The position numbers and the translations under genes were made by a program. From positions 4,030,001 to 4,094,000 of the forward strand of contig CM120643.1 in NCBI GenBank assembly GCA_051362555.1: a stretch of DNA of 64,000 nucleotides. Direction: 5' to 3'. The stretch is from Lingula anatina (lineage: Eukaryota; Animalia; Brachiopoda). Of this stretch, positions 11,926 to 23,701 are shown piece after piece. The notes beneath the pieces were generated by a model. The model worked only from the letters and a program-made list of their open reading frames with translations, was not told the DNA's origin and made no database searches. Each line of letters begins with the position of its first letter. The first letter of the stretch is position 1.

Positions 11926-12779
11926 GGGGTGGGGGACGTAGGTCGTGCGAGGGAATCTTCCTCTCTGGCAATTGTCAATGTTGACAGGTATGTAATGGTC
12001 AGGGAGAATAGAGGAAGTTGAGTTACAACAGTATTAATGCTACAGTATTTGACCTCAGAGTCTGTATCTCAACATGATTGTGACGGTGTCCATGAATTTC
12101 ATCATATTGTGCTAGTGAAGACAGCGATAAATGACAGAGGACTCTGATATGATCATTTTCTTATAATTATCATAATAATTTTTTTAGATACTCGAAACTT
12201 TTTTATACTGAATGCATTTATTTCAAGAGTGTCCAAATATCATGAATTTCATTTATATGAAAAAAGAGTACCATGTAACAGTGATAACCGTACTTGAGGC
12301 CCTGCAGGCGATAATTTTTTTAATCTTGGAATTCACGTCGAGACGTTCTTTAGGCCCTTGTTATTTTCTCTTTTAATATAAAATTTGAAATTTTCCTTGG
12401 TGGGATGGTGTACGTTACATTTAGTTCAATTTTGCTGAGAGGTTATAACAGAAAACTTAATGAACTTTGTAGATTTACAGAGTATGATTGATATGTTTAT
12501 ATTTAGTACAGTGATGATTGATGGACAGGTGGGTCAGAAGACCACGTGAGAACAGACTGTGCGTGCGGTGCGATTTAAACGGAGGAATATATAGTCTGTG
12601 ACTGCATACATACGACTGAGTGCCCAGATTAGTTTCGTTCAATACACTTTACAACTTTGAAGAACGTTTTCGCTAGTCCTCGAATTTACATTCTAATGTT
12701 TACTACTTGATAAATCTACATTTTGAATTGAAAGACACTGTGCAATGTATAACAGAGCATATTTGGAGTATTTTCTATA

Positions 12780-12945
12780 AATGACGACAAAATCTTTGCC
12801 AGTAGAGCACGTGACATGTTGTTTGTAGCAGTAGATTTGCTAACTTCTGCAGTTTTCAGATATATAAACATAAATTGTACATAATTGTAAACAGAAAATA
12901 AACGGCGTTCAGTTTTTTGGGTTACGTTTATACTGGGACACCCTG
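12780..12945. mobile_element. Possible solitary Tc1/mariner-type terminal fragment
   Basis: Ends TGGGACACCCTG|TA, the reverse complement of TA|CAGGGTGTCCCA, a common Tc1/mariner terminus. No partner end found and the left boundary is uncertain. Confidence 0.35.
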
Positions 12946-13297
12946 TATTTCAATTTGTATCAACCGAAAACAATTTTAACTTCGGGTTCTGCGAGATAAG
13001 AGAGTAAAAAATCTTCCTTTTAATGGAAAGGGAATTGACTAAAAAAAAACACGTGTAGATTGTAACTGTGACATTTCGTCTGACATAAACATACAAATGT
13101 GCATTTTTTGTTATATTAATTGCAATAAATGAGAATTATTTTGTTTTCTACTAGAACTTTTTGTGTCCTGCCTATATGTATCACTACGTATTTAAGATAC
13201 TGTATCCAAACACCCAGTTAACCCCGGCCCTAAAGAGACAAATTCCATTCCTGTGCAAAACAGAGCAATGATTTAAGTAGTTAAATATTCATGTGTG

Positions 13298-13329
<32 letters not shown>

Positions 13330-13431
13330 AATATGGAAGAGCATGTATGGAAGATCATAAACCAAATCATTTATTATACCAAAAGTTATAGAATATTCGC
13401 ATTCCCCAAGACACCCTCCGTCATGGTCGCA

Positions 13432-13690
13432 GGTATCAGGGACCCCCCCCCCCCCGGGACAATCCTCCACCTCGGGGTATTACCCCCTGGACAACCGACA
13501 CCCGGACAATTCCCCCTGTAATGAATATAATACTAAGAATAAACAGTGTGACACTAAGAAATATTATAAATGCCTGCTTTAGATCAAAATGTTCACCAGG
13601 TAGAGATATTGATAACAGATAATCTCATTTATCCAGGAATCCCTTTGATGAGCTGTCAGTTTTAATTGTTTCTTCACTACCCCCCAAAAT
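13432..13690. mobile_element. Partial arm of the GGACAATTCCCCC foldback family (related to 24967-26412)
   Basis: Repeated GGACAA(T)CCCCC motifs at 13440-13517. 13621-13670 matches the reverse complement of ~25968-26018. Confidence 0.6.
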
Positions 13691-13786
13691 CTCCACTGAC
13701 AAATTATTTTTTAAAGGATGCCTTTCCAACTAAAAGATACATTTTTTGTCAATTGATGGTGCCTTTACAACATTACTTTGTACCAG

Positions 13787-13807
13787 AGCCAGCTGAGTGA
13801 TGACGTC

Positions 13808-13879
<72 letters not shown>

Positions 13880-13957
13880 TTAATTTCTACGTCAATTCTA
13901 TATATATATTTATTTTTAATTTCTACCATAGGCCAGCTGAGAGATGACGTCAATTCT
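13787..13957 (+). promoter_or_regulatory. Duplicated E-box + CRE motif flanking a (CT)n(AT)n microsatellite
   Basis: GCCAGCTGAG(T/A)GATGACGTCAATTCT occurs twice, with perfect TGACGTCA at 13801-13808 and 13945-13952. Microsatellite at ~13812-13875. Function is inferred only. Confidence 0.35.
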
Positions 13958-14060
13958 ATGAAGAAATTGTTGCTGTTAAAAGAAAAGTCCACATACATGT
14001 AATTAACAAGAGTCATATTCATTATTATCTTGTGGCGTCAGCATGTAGGACCTACTTTAA

Positions 14061-14467
14061 AGGGATAACAACTGTTCGCATGATATCCATATTTCATAAT
14101 AAATACATTGTAAATAACTCACAGAAATGTAATGAATTCTTTTCAAATTATTGTTTTTTTTTTTTTTATTGTTTTTAAATGAAACTGTTCTCTCGTAATA
14201 AATTCTATTTTACCACAAAAACGGCAGTTAACGCAATTATTCTGGAATTTGTGCTTGCCATCACACCAAGTGACCTCTATTGATGGCTACACTCTGTAAT
14301 AATCTCTTATGCTTAAGAGAATATTAAAAAACTAAACTTTTAAGGGAAAAAACACGGACTTGCTTTGAATGTCGGAATGTATTCATTTACCATTAATAAG
14401 ACTGGGAAAATTGTTGTTTACCCCAGCAAAATTCATTTTTTGGCCAAAATGAACAGTTCTTATCCCT
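14061..14467. mobile_element. Non-autonomous DNA transposon, Kolobok-like (TTAA TSD)
   Basis: TTAA|AGGGATAACAACTGTTC ... GAACAGTTCTTATCCCT|TTAA. Interior is homologous in opposite orientation to 25103-25441. Confidence 0.85.
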
Positions 14468-14648
14468 TTAAGTTTTTACAAGAACTCGTGTCTTTATAGC
14501 CAGGGAAGATGCTCAAGAAAAGGTAACATGATATAAAAGATACGGGTTTTGGCTGTTCACGTCAAATTGCGTTGAAAGGGGTGTTTATTCCTTGGTATAA
14601 GGTTCCGCTTTTTATGTCATTTTTTCTTGTAGCCTGAAATGCCGTTTT

Positions 14649-14658
14649 CCGCCATTTT
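14649..14658 (+). promoter_or_regulatory. YY1-type motif in the likely core promoter/5' UTR of the FASTK-like gene
   Basis: CCGCCATTTT in a CpG-containing patch ~110 bp upstream of ATG 14767. Confidence 0.5.
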
Positions 14659-14766
14659 GTGACCTGACCTGCCGTTTCTACAAATGCGAGCTTGCCTCAA
14701 CTGCCTCGTGGTCGAGGTGGAGGCCATGGACGTGTTCAGTACTGGGAACATTTTAATCATGTAATC

Positions 14767-16720
14767 ATGTTTTATTCGGCACTGAGATATGTCTACCGAA
14801 GTTGTAGTCGACACAGTTTTGTTGGTAGAATAACTCAGTGTTTGGCACAACCCTCGCGATGCCATCAATCGCTGCGATTTACATGTGCCGTCTCTCAACT
14901 CGGAAGGCGAAGCCCTCACATGATGTGGGGTTGGACGATGGGGAGAGTTACCACTGGGACTGAGCTGTCATATTCTACAAAAACAATCAATGAATATGAC
15001 GCCATGAAGATGAAAGATGAATATAACGCCATCATCAGAGACACAAAAATGCATTTTGAAAGAATGGCGAAGAGGTACCTCATTCAAGATGGAAGGAACG
15101 AAGGGGAGATTATTAGTAATTACGAGAACGGAGCTCGTGAAGCTGAAAAAGGCCTTGACGGAGTTCTACGGTATATATATGCTGTTAGTCTTAAATGTTT
15201 GAGGGATTTGCCAAGATATCAAAATACTCATCTTCTACAAGATGACAGGTTATCATCAGCCCTGCTAACCATCCTCAACAAAGGTTTGATGGAGGGAAGT
15301 GTTCCACGTCAGTTTATCGGATTGTTGTTAGTTGGAGTTTTAATTCAGCCATCTCCAGAAATCCTTCAGTTTTATAAGGAACTGGAGAGACACATGTTAC
15401 AGGTATGGTCCGAATGGCATGTTAAGTCTAGGATAGATGCCTGCCACCGATGGCTGCATCTGTCTTTACTACACAAGCAGAAGTACTTTGAAGAGCAGAT
15501 AAGGATTTTCTTGATGGCTGGGACAAAGCTAGAGAGGAAAGAACTTGGAGGCAAAGAAATTCACTGGCTTGTTAGTGTTCTAGAATCTGCAACACACTAT
15601 TCTGGTGCACTGGGTGGAAAATGGGTGGATGCAAATGATGTAAGACATTTTTTACAGGAGCTGAAATTCAACAGTGAATTCTCTGAGCCGAGAGAAGTGT
15701 ACAGGTATGTCCAACTCTGTCATAATGTTGAATATTTGGTGCCCTCTGACATTTTATGGAAGGGGTTGGAGATTCTGCTTCGTGATGGAACTGAAGATTA
15801 CAAAATACGTGCATTTCTGTGCATTAAGTGGATGTTGGGCTTAGCCCAAAAGCAGAAGTTGAATAAAGGTTTCATGGATGTACAATATGTTACAGAACTT
15901 GCTGAGATATTTAAGAAGCACGCATCTTTGTTGCCATTGAGAGAGCAAATTGGTATTACATGGGAATTTAGTGTAATTTATTATTCTGATCATGAAATGC
16001 TGTTGAAAGTTGCTGAGAACTTTGTGTCTAATGCACAAGATATCGATGGGGAGGATGGTTATAGATTAGTTCAGGCTTACCTACGAATGGATTGCAATAC
16101 AAATATTGCTTTTTTAAAAAAAGTAGTTGATTTAGTGCAAAACCAAGGGAGAAATATCCCCCGTTTCAAATTGCTTTCCATTACTTGTGATTTGATGCGC
16201 CATCATGGCTATTATGAAGTCTTCAGTGGAATACTTGATAGCTGTTTCCAGTCTGGTCTGATGAAGGAGGAATCATTAAATGTCATGAAGACAAAAGGGT
16301 ATGCATGTTTAAGGATTGTGGAGTTGTGTGGAAGATTAGAAATAGAGCAAATTGACAAGTATGTTAAGAAGATTCCACCAAGTCTTTACAAAGCAGATGG
16401 TATTCAATACTTTGCAGAGAAATTGAAAAATAAATGTCAGCATTCCTCAACGCAGGCTGTTTCAGCAGCTGTATGGAGGATTCTTGGTGGTCCCCACATG
16501 GCAAGAGTCACGCCAGTACTTCCCATATATCGTCCTATTGTGGAGTTCTGTTTGAATGAATTGAATGAGCCTGTAGACATGAAGCTGGTGCCCAGGGTCT
16601 TTGATGAAAATGGATTCCTCAAAATGGAAAACATGTCTGCCTTGCCAGATAGATGGAGAAGAATAGCAGTGTGGATTCTTCATGATGAAGATTTCTTAAT
16701 CAACAAGCCAATGTTAACTG
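14767..16720 (+). CDS. FAST kinase domain-containing (FASTK/RAP family) mitochondrial RNA-binding protein, exon 1
   Basis: 1954-nt open frame from the first ATG. R/S-rich, acid-free N-terminus (MFYSALRYVYRSCSRHSFVGRITQ...) typical of a mitochondrial presequence, then a helical Leu-rich body. RAP start RRIAVWILHDEDFLINKPMLTG ends at a consensus donor ACTG|GTGAGT (phase 1). Confidence 0.85.
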
Positions 16721-17427
16721 GTGAGTTAAAAATGTGGTTGTTGTATGTAGAGATAGCTTTAGTAAGCCCACCCTGCTGCCATGAGCAGCTTTGGGTTATG
16801 ACTAACACAAGCTTGACTTCAGTGTATTGAGCCTATTTTTTCCTATATACTTGCTGGTTACCAACTGAGGGCCAGCTTATATAGCCATAACAACAATAGG
16901 GTACTGAGAATAACAATAGGGTACAAAGGACAACAATGATGTATCAATAGAGAGTAATGTAGACAACTGACGCTTGTATAGTACACTTCTCATATTAATT
17001 CAACATATGTAAGTAGCAAGCTGTGCACCTGCCTTGTTGATTTCAATCAGCATTTTATCAGTAATACCTAAAGATGTTATGTGACTATGGCTGTGTACCT
17101 TTTTTGGTTTTTGGTAATTTTTTATGGGGGGAATGAGTACTTTCTCTCTGTATGTATGTCAAATAATAAGTACTATACTCCACTGCCTCACTAAATCTCA
17201 ACATGTTGTGGTATATATTTCCCAGGTAACAGTATATTATTTCACGTTTTAAACAGAGGCCATCTTAATTTGAATGTGTTATATGTCTATGTGATAAAGT
17301 TTTGACATGAATAGGTTTTCTTTGTGTAAATATTAATTTGTCAGTATATTCAGGCACATATTTCCTCTCAGTAAGACCTTGAAATATGTTTTATGTTAAC
17401 ATTGATTTGGTTTTCTTTATTCACCAG

Positions 17428-17573
17428 GTGATGCAAAGGCAAACAAACACTTCCTATATCAAGCTGGATACAGAGAGGTTCTAGAGGTGCCTTTTTTTAT
17501 GGTGGAAGAGAAATCTGCAAGTTTGCACAAGTTTTTGAAGGAGGAATTGAAAAAAATCCCTCACATAAGGTAA
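17428..17573 (+). CDS. FASTK/RAP family protein, exon 2 (second half of the RAP domain)
   Basis: TTTTCTTTATTCACCAG acceptor. In phase it reads GDAKANKHFLYQAGYREVLEVPFFMVEEKSASLHKFLKEELKKIPHIR*, matching the RAP pattern G..K..hL...GY.hh.VP. Spliced CDS is 2100 nt = 699 aa. Confidence 0.85.
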
Positions 17574-18349
17574 GGAAGTAACACTATAATTTTTCTGAAC
17601 AGAGTAATTCTTTAAAAATATTGTGTAAGAGGTAGACGTAACACTTTGTGATAGAATCTTATTGCTATTTGTACTTTTTCCTTGTTTGGGGGGGGGGGCT
17701 GCTTGCTGCCTGTTTTGCACAAAGTAGAATTTTTTGGCATAACTAAGCTAAGAATACAGAAATTGATAACTGACAATAAAAGTCATCCTTGTTTTGAGAT
17801 CTGGGCCTGAAAGCTATTTACCCAAAATTGTTCTATAAATTGAGTGTACTTCATCATCACTGGGTGCCATCCACTCATAGCAGATTGGTTGTCATGGATC
17901 ACCACATCTCTAAAATACTTAACTATACTTTTTTTGACCAGTTTATTCTTTTATGTTGTCCATGTATGTTGTTCTTGGTCTTCTTTTCAAACATTTCTTA
18001 TTTACTAGTAGCTTTCTTTCCAGTAGCAATTGTTGCAAATGATCCTTTCAATGTTGAACCAGCCAAAAATTTGTAAAAATGGGAATTTTCTGCATAAAAA
18101 AATTGTTTGTGCCTTTTTTCAGAAACTACACAGACCTAAGCTGTCTTATTATAATGAAGAGTTACTCTTACCGTCTTTTTTCATCTTCCTAAGTTTGAGG
18201 TCAATCGGTGCATTTCCATGGGAGAAGTAGCCATTTGGTGCCAAAACTGAAAACTCTCTTACACCAATTTTGGAACTTAAAATGCTAGAGACGTCTTGTT
18301 TATTGCATTTTGTAGAGCTTGTCAAGCCCAACACTGGAAGTGGTGTCAG

Positions 18350-19010
18350 TTTTTATGTACAGACACATTGACCTATTCTCTTCAAACTGATGAATATTCG
18401 TAAAATGCAGGTCGAATTAAAAAATCAGCATGATCTAACCATTTTTTTTCTATACAGACACAGATGTGTCTGTACATATAGCCATATGCACTTTCATTGT
18501 TATAAACCAGTAAACTAATATGAAAATTGTTTAACCTTTTATCATTTAGCACATAGAACTGATAAATATTCATAAAAACACAAGTGAAATGAGAAAATCA
18601 GCCTGACCAGATCATTCCAATTTTTTTATCCACCCTTATACAAATAAAATATATAAAACTCTTTTACCTTTTGTCAGAACTGATGAATATTCATAAAATA
18701 CAGGTCAAGTTTGAAAATCAGCCTTTTCAGACCATTTTTCAAAAAGTTATGCTGTTTTTTTTTTTTTTTTTTTTGGGAGGGAGGATATTCAATCCATGGT
18801 TATACAAATAAACTGAAAACCATTTCACCTTTTGTCTTCAAACTTACAGAACTAATGAATACACATAAAATACAGGTCAAGTTTAAAAATCAGTCTGATC
18901 AGACAATTTTTTCAAAATCTGTGCTGTTTTTGCTTTTTTTTTAGCATATTTTATCCACCTCGGATTTGATTCTTAGGCATGATAACGGTCTCATTATTGA
19001 ACTAATTAGA
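18350..19010 (+). mobile_element. Helentron/HINE-like non-autonomous repeat with tandem core units
   Basis: TTTTATGTACAGACAC start; palindrome TACAGACACAGATGTGTCTGTA at ~18453-18474; repeated CTGATGAATATTCATAAAA..CAGGTCAAG..AAAATCAG cores. Same family as ~37862-40170. Confidence 0.55.
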
Positions 19011-19227
19011 CAGTCATGTAAAAGTTATCTTTTGGCATTTTCTCCACCTAAAATATTTTGTAAGTTTAATATATAAAAATGATGGTAAACCTGTTATCTT
19101 GTATTGTGTAATAAAGTGTTAAAAATAGAAGTAAACTCATATCATTGCATTTTGTCAAATACAATCATTCGCCTCATTCAGAATCTCAGAATGAATTAAA
19201 AATGACATTTAAAATTGTTCTGTTGAT

Positions 19228-19568
19228 ATTATGTTTTCACCCCTGTTTGTCTGTTTGTTTGTCATCAACATAACTCAGAAAGATATGGACCGATTTTGAT
19301 GAAATTTTCAGAGTAGATCAGAAATGGATTAACTTAGGAGTGATCAGTTTTGGGTGGTGATCCGGATCAATAATCAATCAATCAATCAATCAATCATCAA
19401 CATAACTCAAAAAGTTATGGACCGATTTTGATGAAATTTTCAGGGTAGGTCAGAAATGGGTTAACTTAGAAGTGATTAGTTTTTGGTTTTGATCCAGATC
19501 AATAATCAATAATAATAAAAAATTGCGACTTTGGCAGATGTCTGTAGTCTCAGAGTGCTTTTCTAGTT
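19228..19568 (+). mobile_element. DINE-1/HINE-like (Helentron-associated) element
   Basis: TTTTCACCCCTGTTTGTCTGTTTGTTTGTC microsatellite head, two tandem CATAACTCA..ATGGACCGATTTTGATGAAATTTTCAG cores, and a 3' end GGCAGATGTCTG..CTCAGAGTGCTTTTCTAGTT. Confidence 0.7.
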
Positions 19569-19819
19569 TTTGTTTTATGTAAAAAAAGTGGAAAGAAACT
19601 TATTTCAGTGCAGTTATATCAGATATATCTATCTAGCATAGCTTAGAAATTGTGTAGCTTCGAAATTTCATGGGCTTGAAAACCTTTGCTAGTCACATTT
19701 TTTTAGATATCCATGTTTCTTGCAGTGCATTGTTTAAGATTGGTGGTGACTTTGCAGTTAAGCATTATGTAATATTGCATCAAAATTGAAGAAAACCCTA
19801 TTTTGGGCACTGCCGCCCT

Positions 19820-20010
19820 GGGCCCGGTTGCACCAACCGGTAGTAAGTGAGGCATAGTAGTTGCGCTGGCGTAAACCGGGCGCAAAATGCTACGCCCGAG
19901 AAAAGCCAGTTGCACCAAACTGGAATAGTATTTACGTCGGTCTTAACTTAGTCATAAATTTACGGCTGCTAGCTAGGTGGAGTAAGTCGGTCGTAGCTCG
20001 TTTTCCACTA
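19820..20010. mobile_element. Harbinger-type MITE terminal fragment
   Basis: GGGCCCGGTTGCACCAA start, with the motif repeated internally (CCAGTTGCACCAA ~19906). CpG-rich. No opposite terminus found. Confidence 0.4.
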
Positions 20011-20106
20011 TGGCTAGGCTGGCACAGTTAGTGTTTGTTGACAATTATCGCAGTTAATGTAGAAAATGTGGGTTGTTATTTGTTTGTTTCTTACTCAAAA
20101 CTTCCG

Positions 20107-20112
<6 letters not shown>

Positions 20113-20153
<41 letters not shown>
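20113..20153. repeat. (AT)n microsatellite
   Basis: Pure TA run. Confidence 0.95.
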
Positions 20154-20157
<4 letters not shown>

Positions 20158-22764
20158 ATAGAGACGTAAGCTTAGAATATCAACAATTTAAGGCTCATAT
20201 AATATGTATTAGGTCTCTTGTATTTCTTAATCTACAAGATGTAAGCACGATTTAATTAAATGATACCTCACAGTGTAACCATAGAAAAAAAGGTCATAAA
20301 ATTGTTGACACTGTTGTAAAACTATGAAAAGAAAGCAATTTTGTCGTTAAAGGTGCAATTTTTGCATTCAGTAACAAATGTGGTGTTCAAATCCACTACG
20401 AATAGGAATATGTACTGCCTCCATCGCGTTTTTCTCATTTACAACAGCATACTATAATAGCATACTATAATAATATTTTACTATAATCAAATCTTAAGTC
20501 AGACATGCTCAAAACTTTTCAGAATAGCCAGACATTCGGACTGACAGTAATGAAAAATTTGCCAAATCGAATGGATTTTTGCAGGACCAAATATTTTCAT
20601 TTAATTTGGTGGCATTTCATTCACGTGGTAGTTTTAATAGAAGAACTTATGTACGTGTATATTCAATATAAATAGTATCAATAATTTAGACATGTTGCAT
20701 ATTTAAAGAGAAAAATTGACACACTCGAAGCACTGCTTTATTGTGGTTCTCATTTCACAAGTTCCAGGGTGCATATAGGCCTTAAGAAGTGCTTGAATTT
20801 GTTTCTTCCTTTGAATGTCCTGAAATTCCACACTTTGTCCTTTAAATAAAATGCACCATTGAACATAGCAATCTTTGGCCTTTCTCATTCATGCCAGTTT
20901 GCAAATAACTAAATCAGTATTCCTTTTTCCTGAGTTTATCGACAAAAATCATTTGCAAATGTGATACTACACAAATAGGACATATTTGTGATTGTAGACC
21001 GAATGGAAATGTTAATACATGATACATGGTAGCCACTTCACTGTGGAAATGAACGGCTTCCTGGTCAGGGCTCGGTGATATCATATTCTAAAATAAAAAA
21101 AATGATGATATCAATACTTAAACTTGTAATGACAACTTCCCCTAGTGTATTCAATATGTAATTGCTGATTGGACATTTAAATAATGTTCATTCACCACGG
21201 ATCACTTTCGAAGAAGTAACCAAACTTTAAAACTATCTTTACATAAAACAGCAATACGCAACAGGCTGAATATAAACAGAAGTATCCAAAAGACTTATAA
21301 ACATTACCACTGATAACATTGGGAAATCAAGCTGAGTAAATCAGGTGACCCATTTCTATGCTAACAATGTTATTTTCAAAAAAAAATTATAATAATAATA
21401 GTAATAATAAAATTTTAAAAGATAAATACATTAAAGGATGTCTGCATACCTTTTAAGGTCAGGTGTCACTATCCTGGCCTTCTGTACGAATAACTGTTCT
21501 TGAGAAAAGAGTCAGGTATCAAAGTTTATCAGTAAACATTTGCCTTGCTGTGCATTTGCCTTGCTAGGCAGCATGGACCACTCTTGTAATAGCTGTCTGT
21601 ATGTCCCAATTAATAGACCAATGACTGAGTGTATAATATCCAGAGCAGGAGGCTTCCCCATAGGAAAATTACTCTATTCTTCTGAGACAGATACTATGAT
21701 TGGCCAGCTTACTTTGTCTGTGAATGTTATCCATTTTTTATATCTTGCCTGATAAGTAAATGGAGGGGGGAGGGAGAAAACCCTGTGGGTTTTATATAAT
21801 TTTATTAGTGAAGTATGTCAAATGAGGACTGTAAATTCAAAATGGTGGCACTTAAAACTCTTGCTGGTCCTTTGGACCGCCAGAGTTCAATTTTTTACCA
21901 AACCAGACAAATTTTGCCAGTCATTACTGATCGGACCTACAGTTTCAACATGTCTGAACTTACAGGAAAGAAACGACTTAAATACAGCTTTAGCTGGAAA
22001 GCAAGTCTTATCGGTTGATTTTTCTGGCCATTAAATGAGATTACATAAAACACATATGTTGGGATTTCCCTGTAAACTCCCATATGTTTAGCTCTCTGCC
22101 AGATTCAGTTGGTAAAAGTCTAAAATTAACAGTGTCACATATATTAGGAATCAGTGATAATTATGCAGGTAAATGTAAATTAACATTGCAAATAATTTTA
22201 CAAAAGATGAATAACAATGCCTTATTATCCTCATACTCACTTATTCATACCGTGTTAACATAACTGGATTAAAAGTTTGAAAAGCAGCTTTATTGGAATA
22301 TTTTTTATGTTTAGTTTTATTTATTTTTTTTCCAAACACTGGAATCTTCAAGATGTGACTTTTAACTCCCATCCACCTGAAGCTCTGTACATTTTCTGTA
22401 TTTCCACATAAGCAATAATATTGGTGTTTATGTCTTTAAGCATAATATATAATATTATTGTATGCACTGACATCATTTTTCACATATTGGGATTTTCATT
22501 ATGTGAATTTGAACTCTCAGGATCCTGAAACTGTAATCTTATTGACCATGTTACCTGTTGTGCATGATTAAATTTTAGTGTTGATTGACTATGCTGTTAT
22601 AAGCATTATTTATTATTGCATCAAAATTGATAAAATGAACTATTTTCTGTATATTCATTTTCTGCTTTTTATCTGTACATTTGACAGCTTTGCTGCCTAG
22701 TTTATTAACATAGCTTTAGTGTGTCATTGTGAAGTATTGAAGTTTTTCATTTGCTTCTTTACAG

Positions 22765-22780
22765 GTTACCCAATAATTAG
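22765..22780 (+). CDS. Candidate alternative terminal coding exon of the FASTK-like gene
   Basis: Exon 2 ends ATAAG|GTAAGG, a donor overlapping the stop. Splicing to TTGCTTCTTTACAG|G (22765) gives ...PHIRLPNN*. AATAAA follows at ~23316. Confidence 0.4.
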
Positions 22781-23486
22781 GAGACCTTTGGAGTGCTTCC
22801 TGACAGCACTGAAGAGGATTTGATAACTCTGCACTGACTTAAAAAAAAAAAGAATGGAGCCAATGAATATTGAACAATAATCTGAAACCAAGTTTACTAG
22901 CTGTAAACTAGGCCTTTTTATTCTTGGTCTTGCTAGTAATATAAACAAGGCCATATCATAATAGTGCATATGCATGGTTGAAAATCTTCACATGTGACTT
23001 TAAAAAATAATGAATTCTGTTTTCTTATATTGTCTTTGAGCACTGACATAGTGACTGACATTTGGTGTGAAGACAGTGTTAAAGCTATTGGGGCACATTA
23101 TGATTGTTTAAGGGGTGTGCAGGGGTGTCTTAATCACCCCCTTCCAGGTTGGTTCTGTAATCACAGTAATATGGAAATTGAAAATAAGGCAAATGCTTGC
23201 AGAAGGGAAAATGTTTATGGTGAATTATGTTGAATGTTCTACTGTTAGATATGTTATTTCACTAATTGAATTGTTAGAGGTGTAAAGCATTGTACACCTT
23301 TTTATGTTGTCTGGAAATAAAAAGATGTTAAAAATATTTTTATTAGAAATATTTCATTTAATCACTGTAGGTGATGACTGTCCTATAATGCATATTCATC
23401 AGAATTATATAAAATTGCTCAAATTTAGTAAAACGACAGTGAAAAAGCCATTTTCAACCTAAAACTATATTGAAAAGGTGAAGTAA

Positions 23487-23701
23487 GGGTGTATTCCCAG
23501 AGCTTTTAGATCGATCTATCCCCGCGGGGAGTCTCACTAGATTACTGTCAGATAATCCGGCTTAAATGTCCGTCCCGCCTACTACAAGCTGTAAGGGGGT
23601 AATTAACTTTCGTGCCTGCTCCGCTGACAGCTATTTAGCATGAACCCCCAGGGAGTTGGGTCGATCTAATGCAGATCGATCTAATCTCTGGGAATGGGGT
23701 C
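23487..23701. mobile_element. MITE, PIF/Harbinger-like, TAA TSD
   Basis: TAA|GGGTGTATTCCCAGAGCTTTTAGATCGATCT ... AGATCGATCTAATCTCTGGGAATGGGGTC|TAA. The ATTCCCA TIR core is shared with 2516-2764. Confidence 0.75.

Larger units (their letters stand above)
3421..12348 (+). repeat. ~9-kb direct repeat / segmental duplication, copy 1
   Basis: Colinear with ~50281-59498 from TGC(G/A)TAACTCAGT to GGAATTCACGT(C/G)GAGACGTT. ORF-track twins: 5214/52152, 7368/54329, 3555/50406. Confidence 0.97.

Noticed and set aside
14692-16830. 712-aa single-exon ORF as listed in the track
   Set aside because: It starts at TTG; the first ATG is 14767. Residues after 16720 read through a consensus donor into intron, whereas exon 17428-17573 completes the RAP domain.
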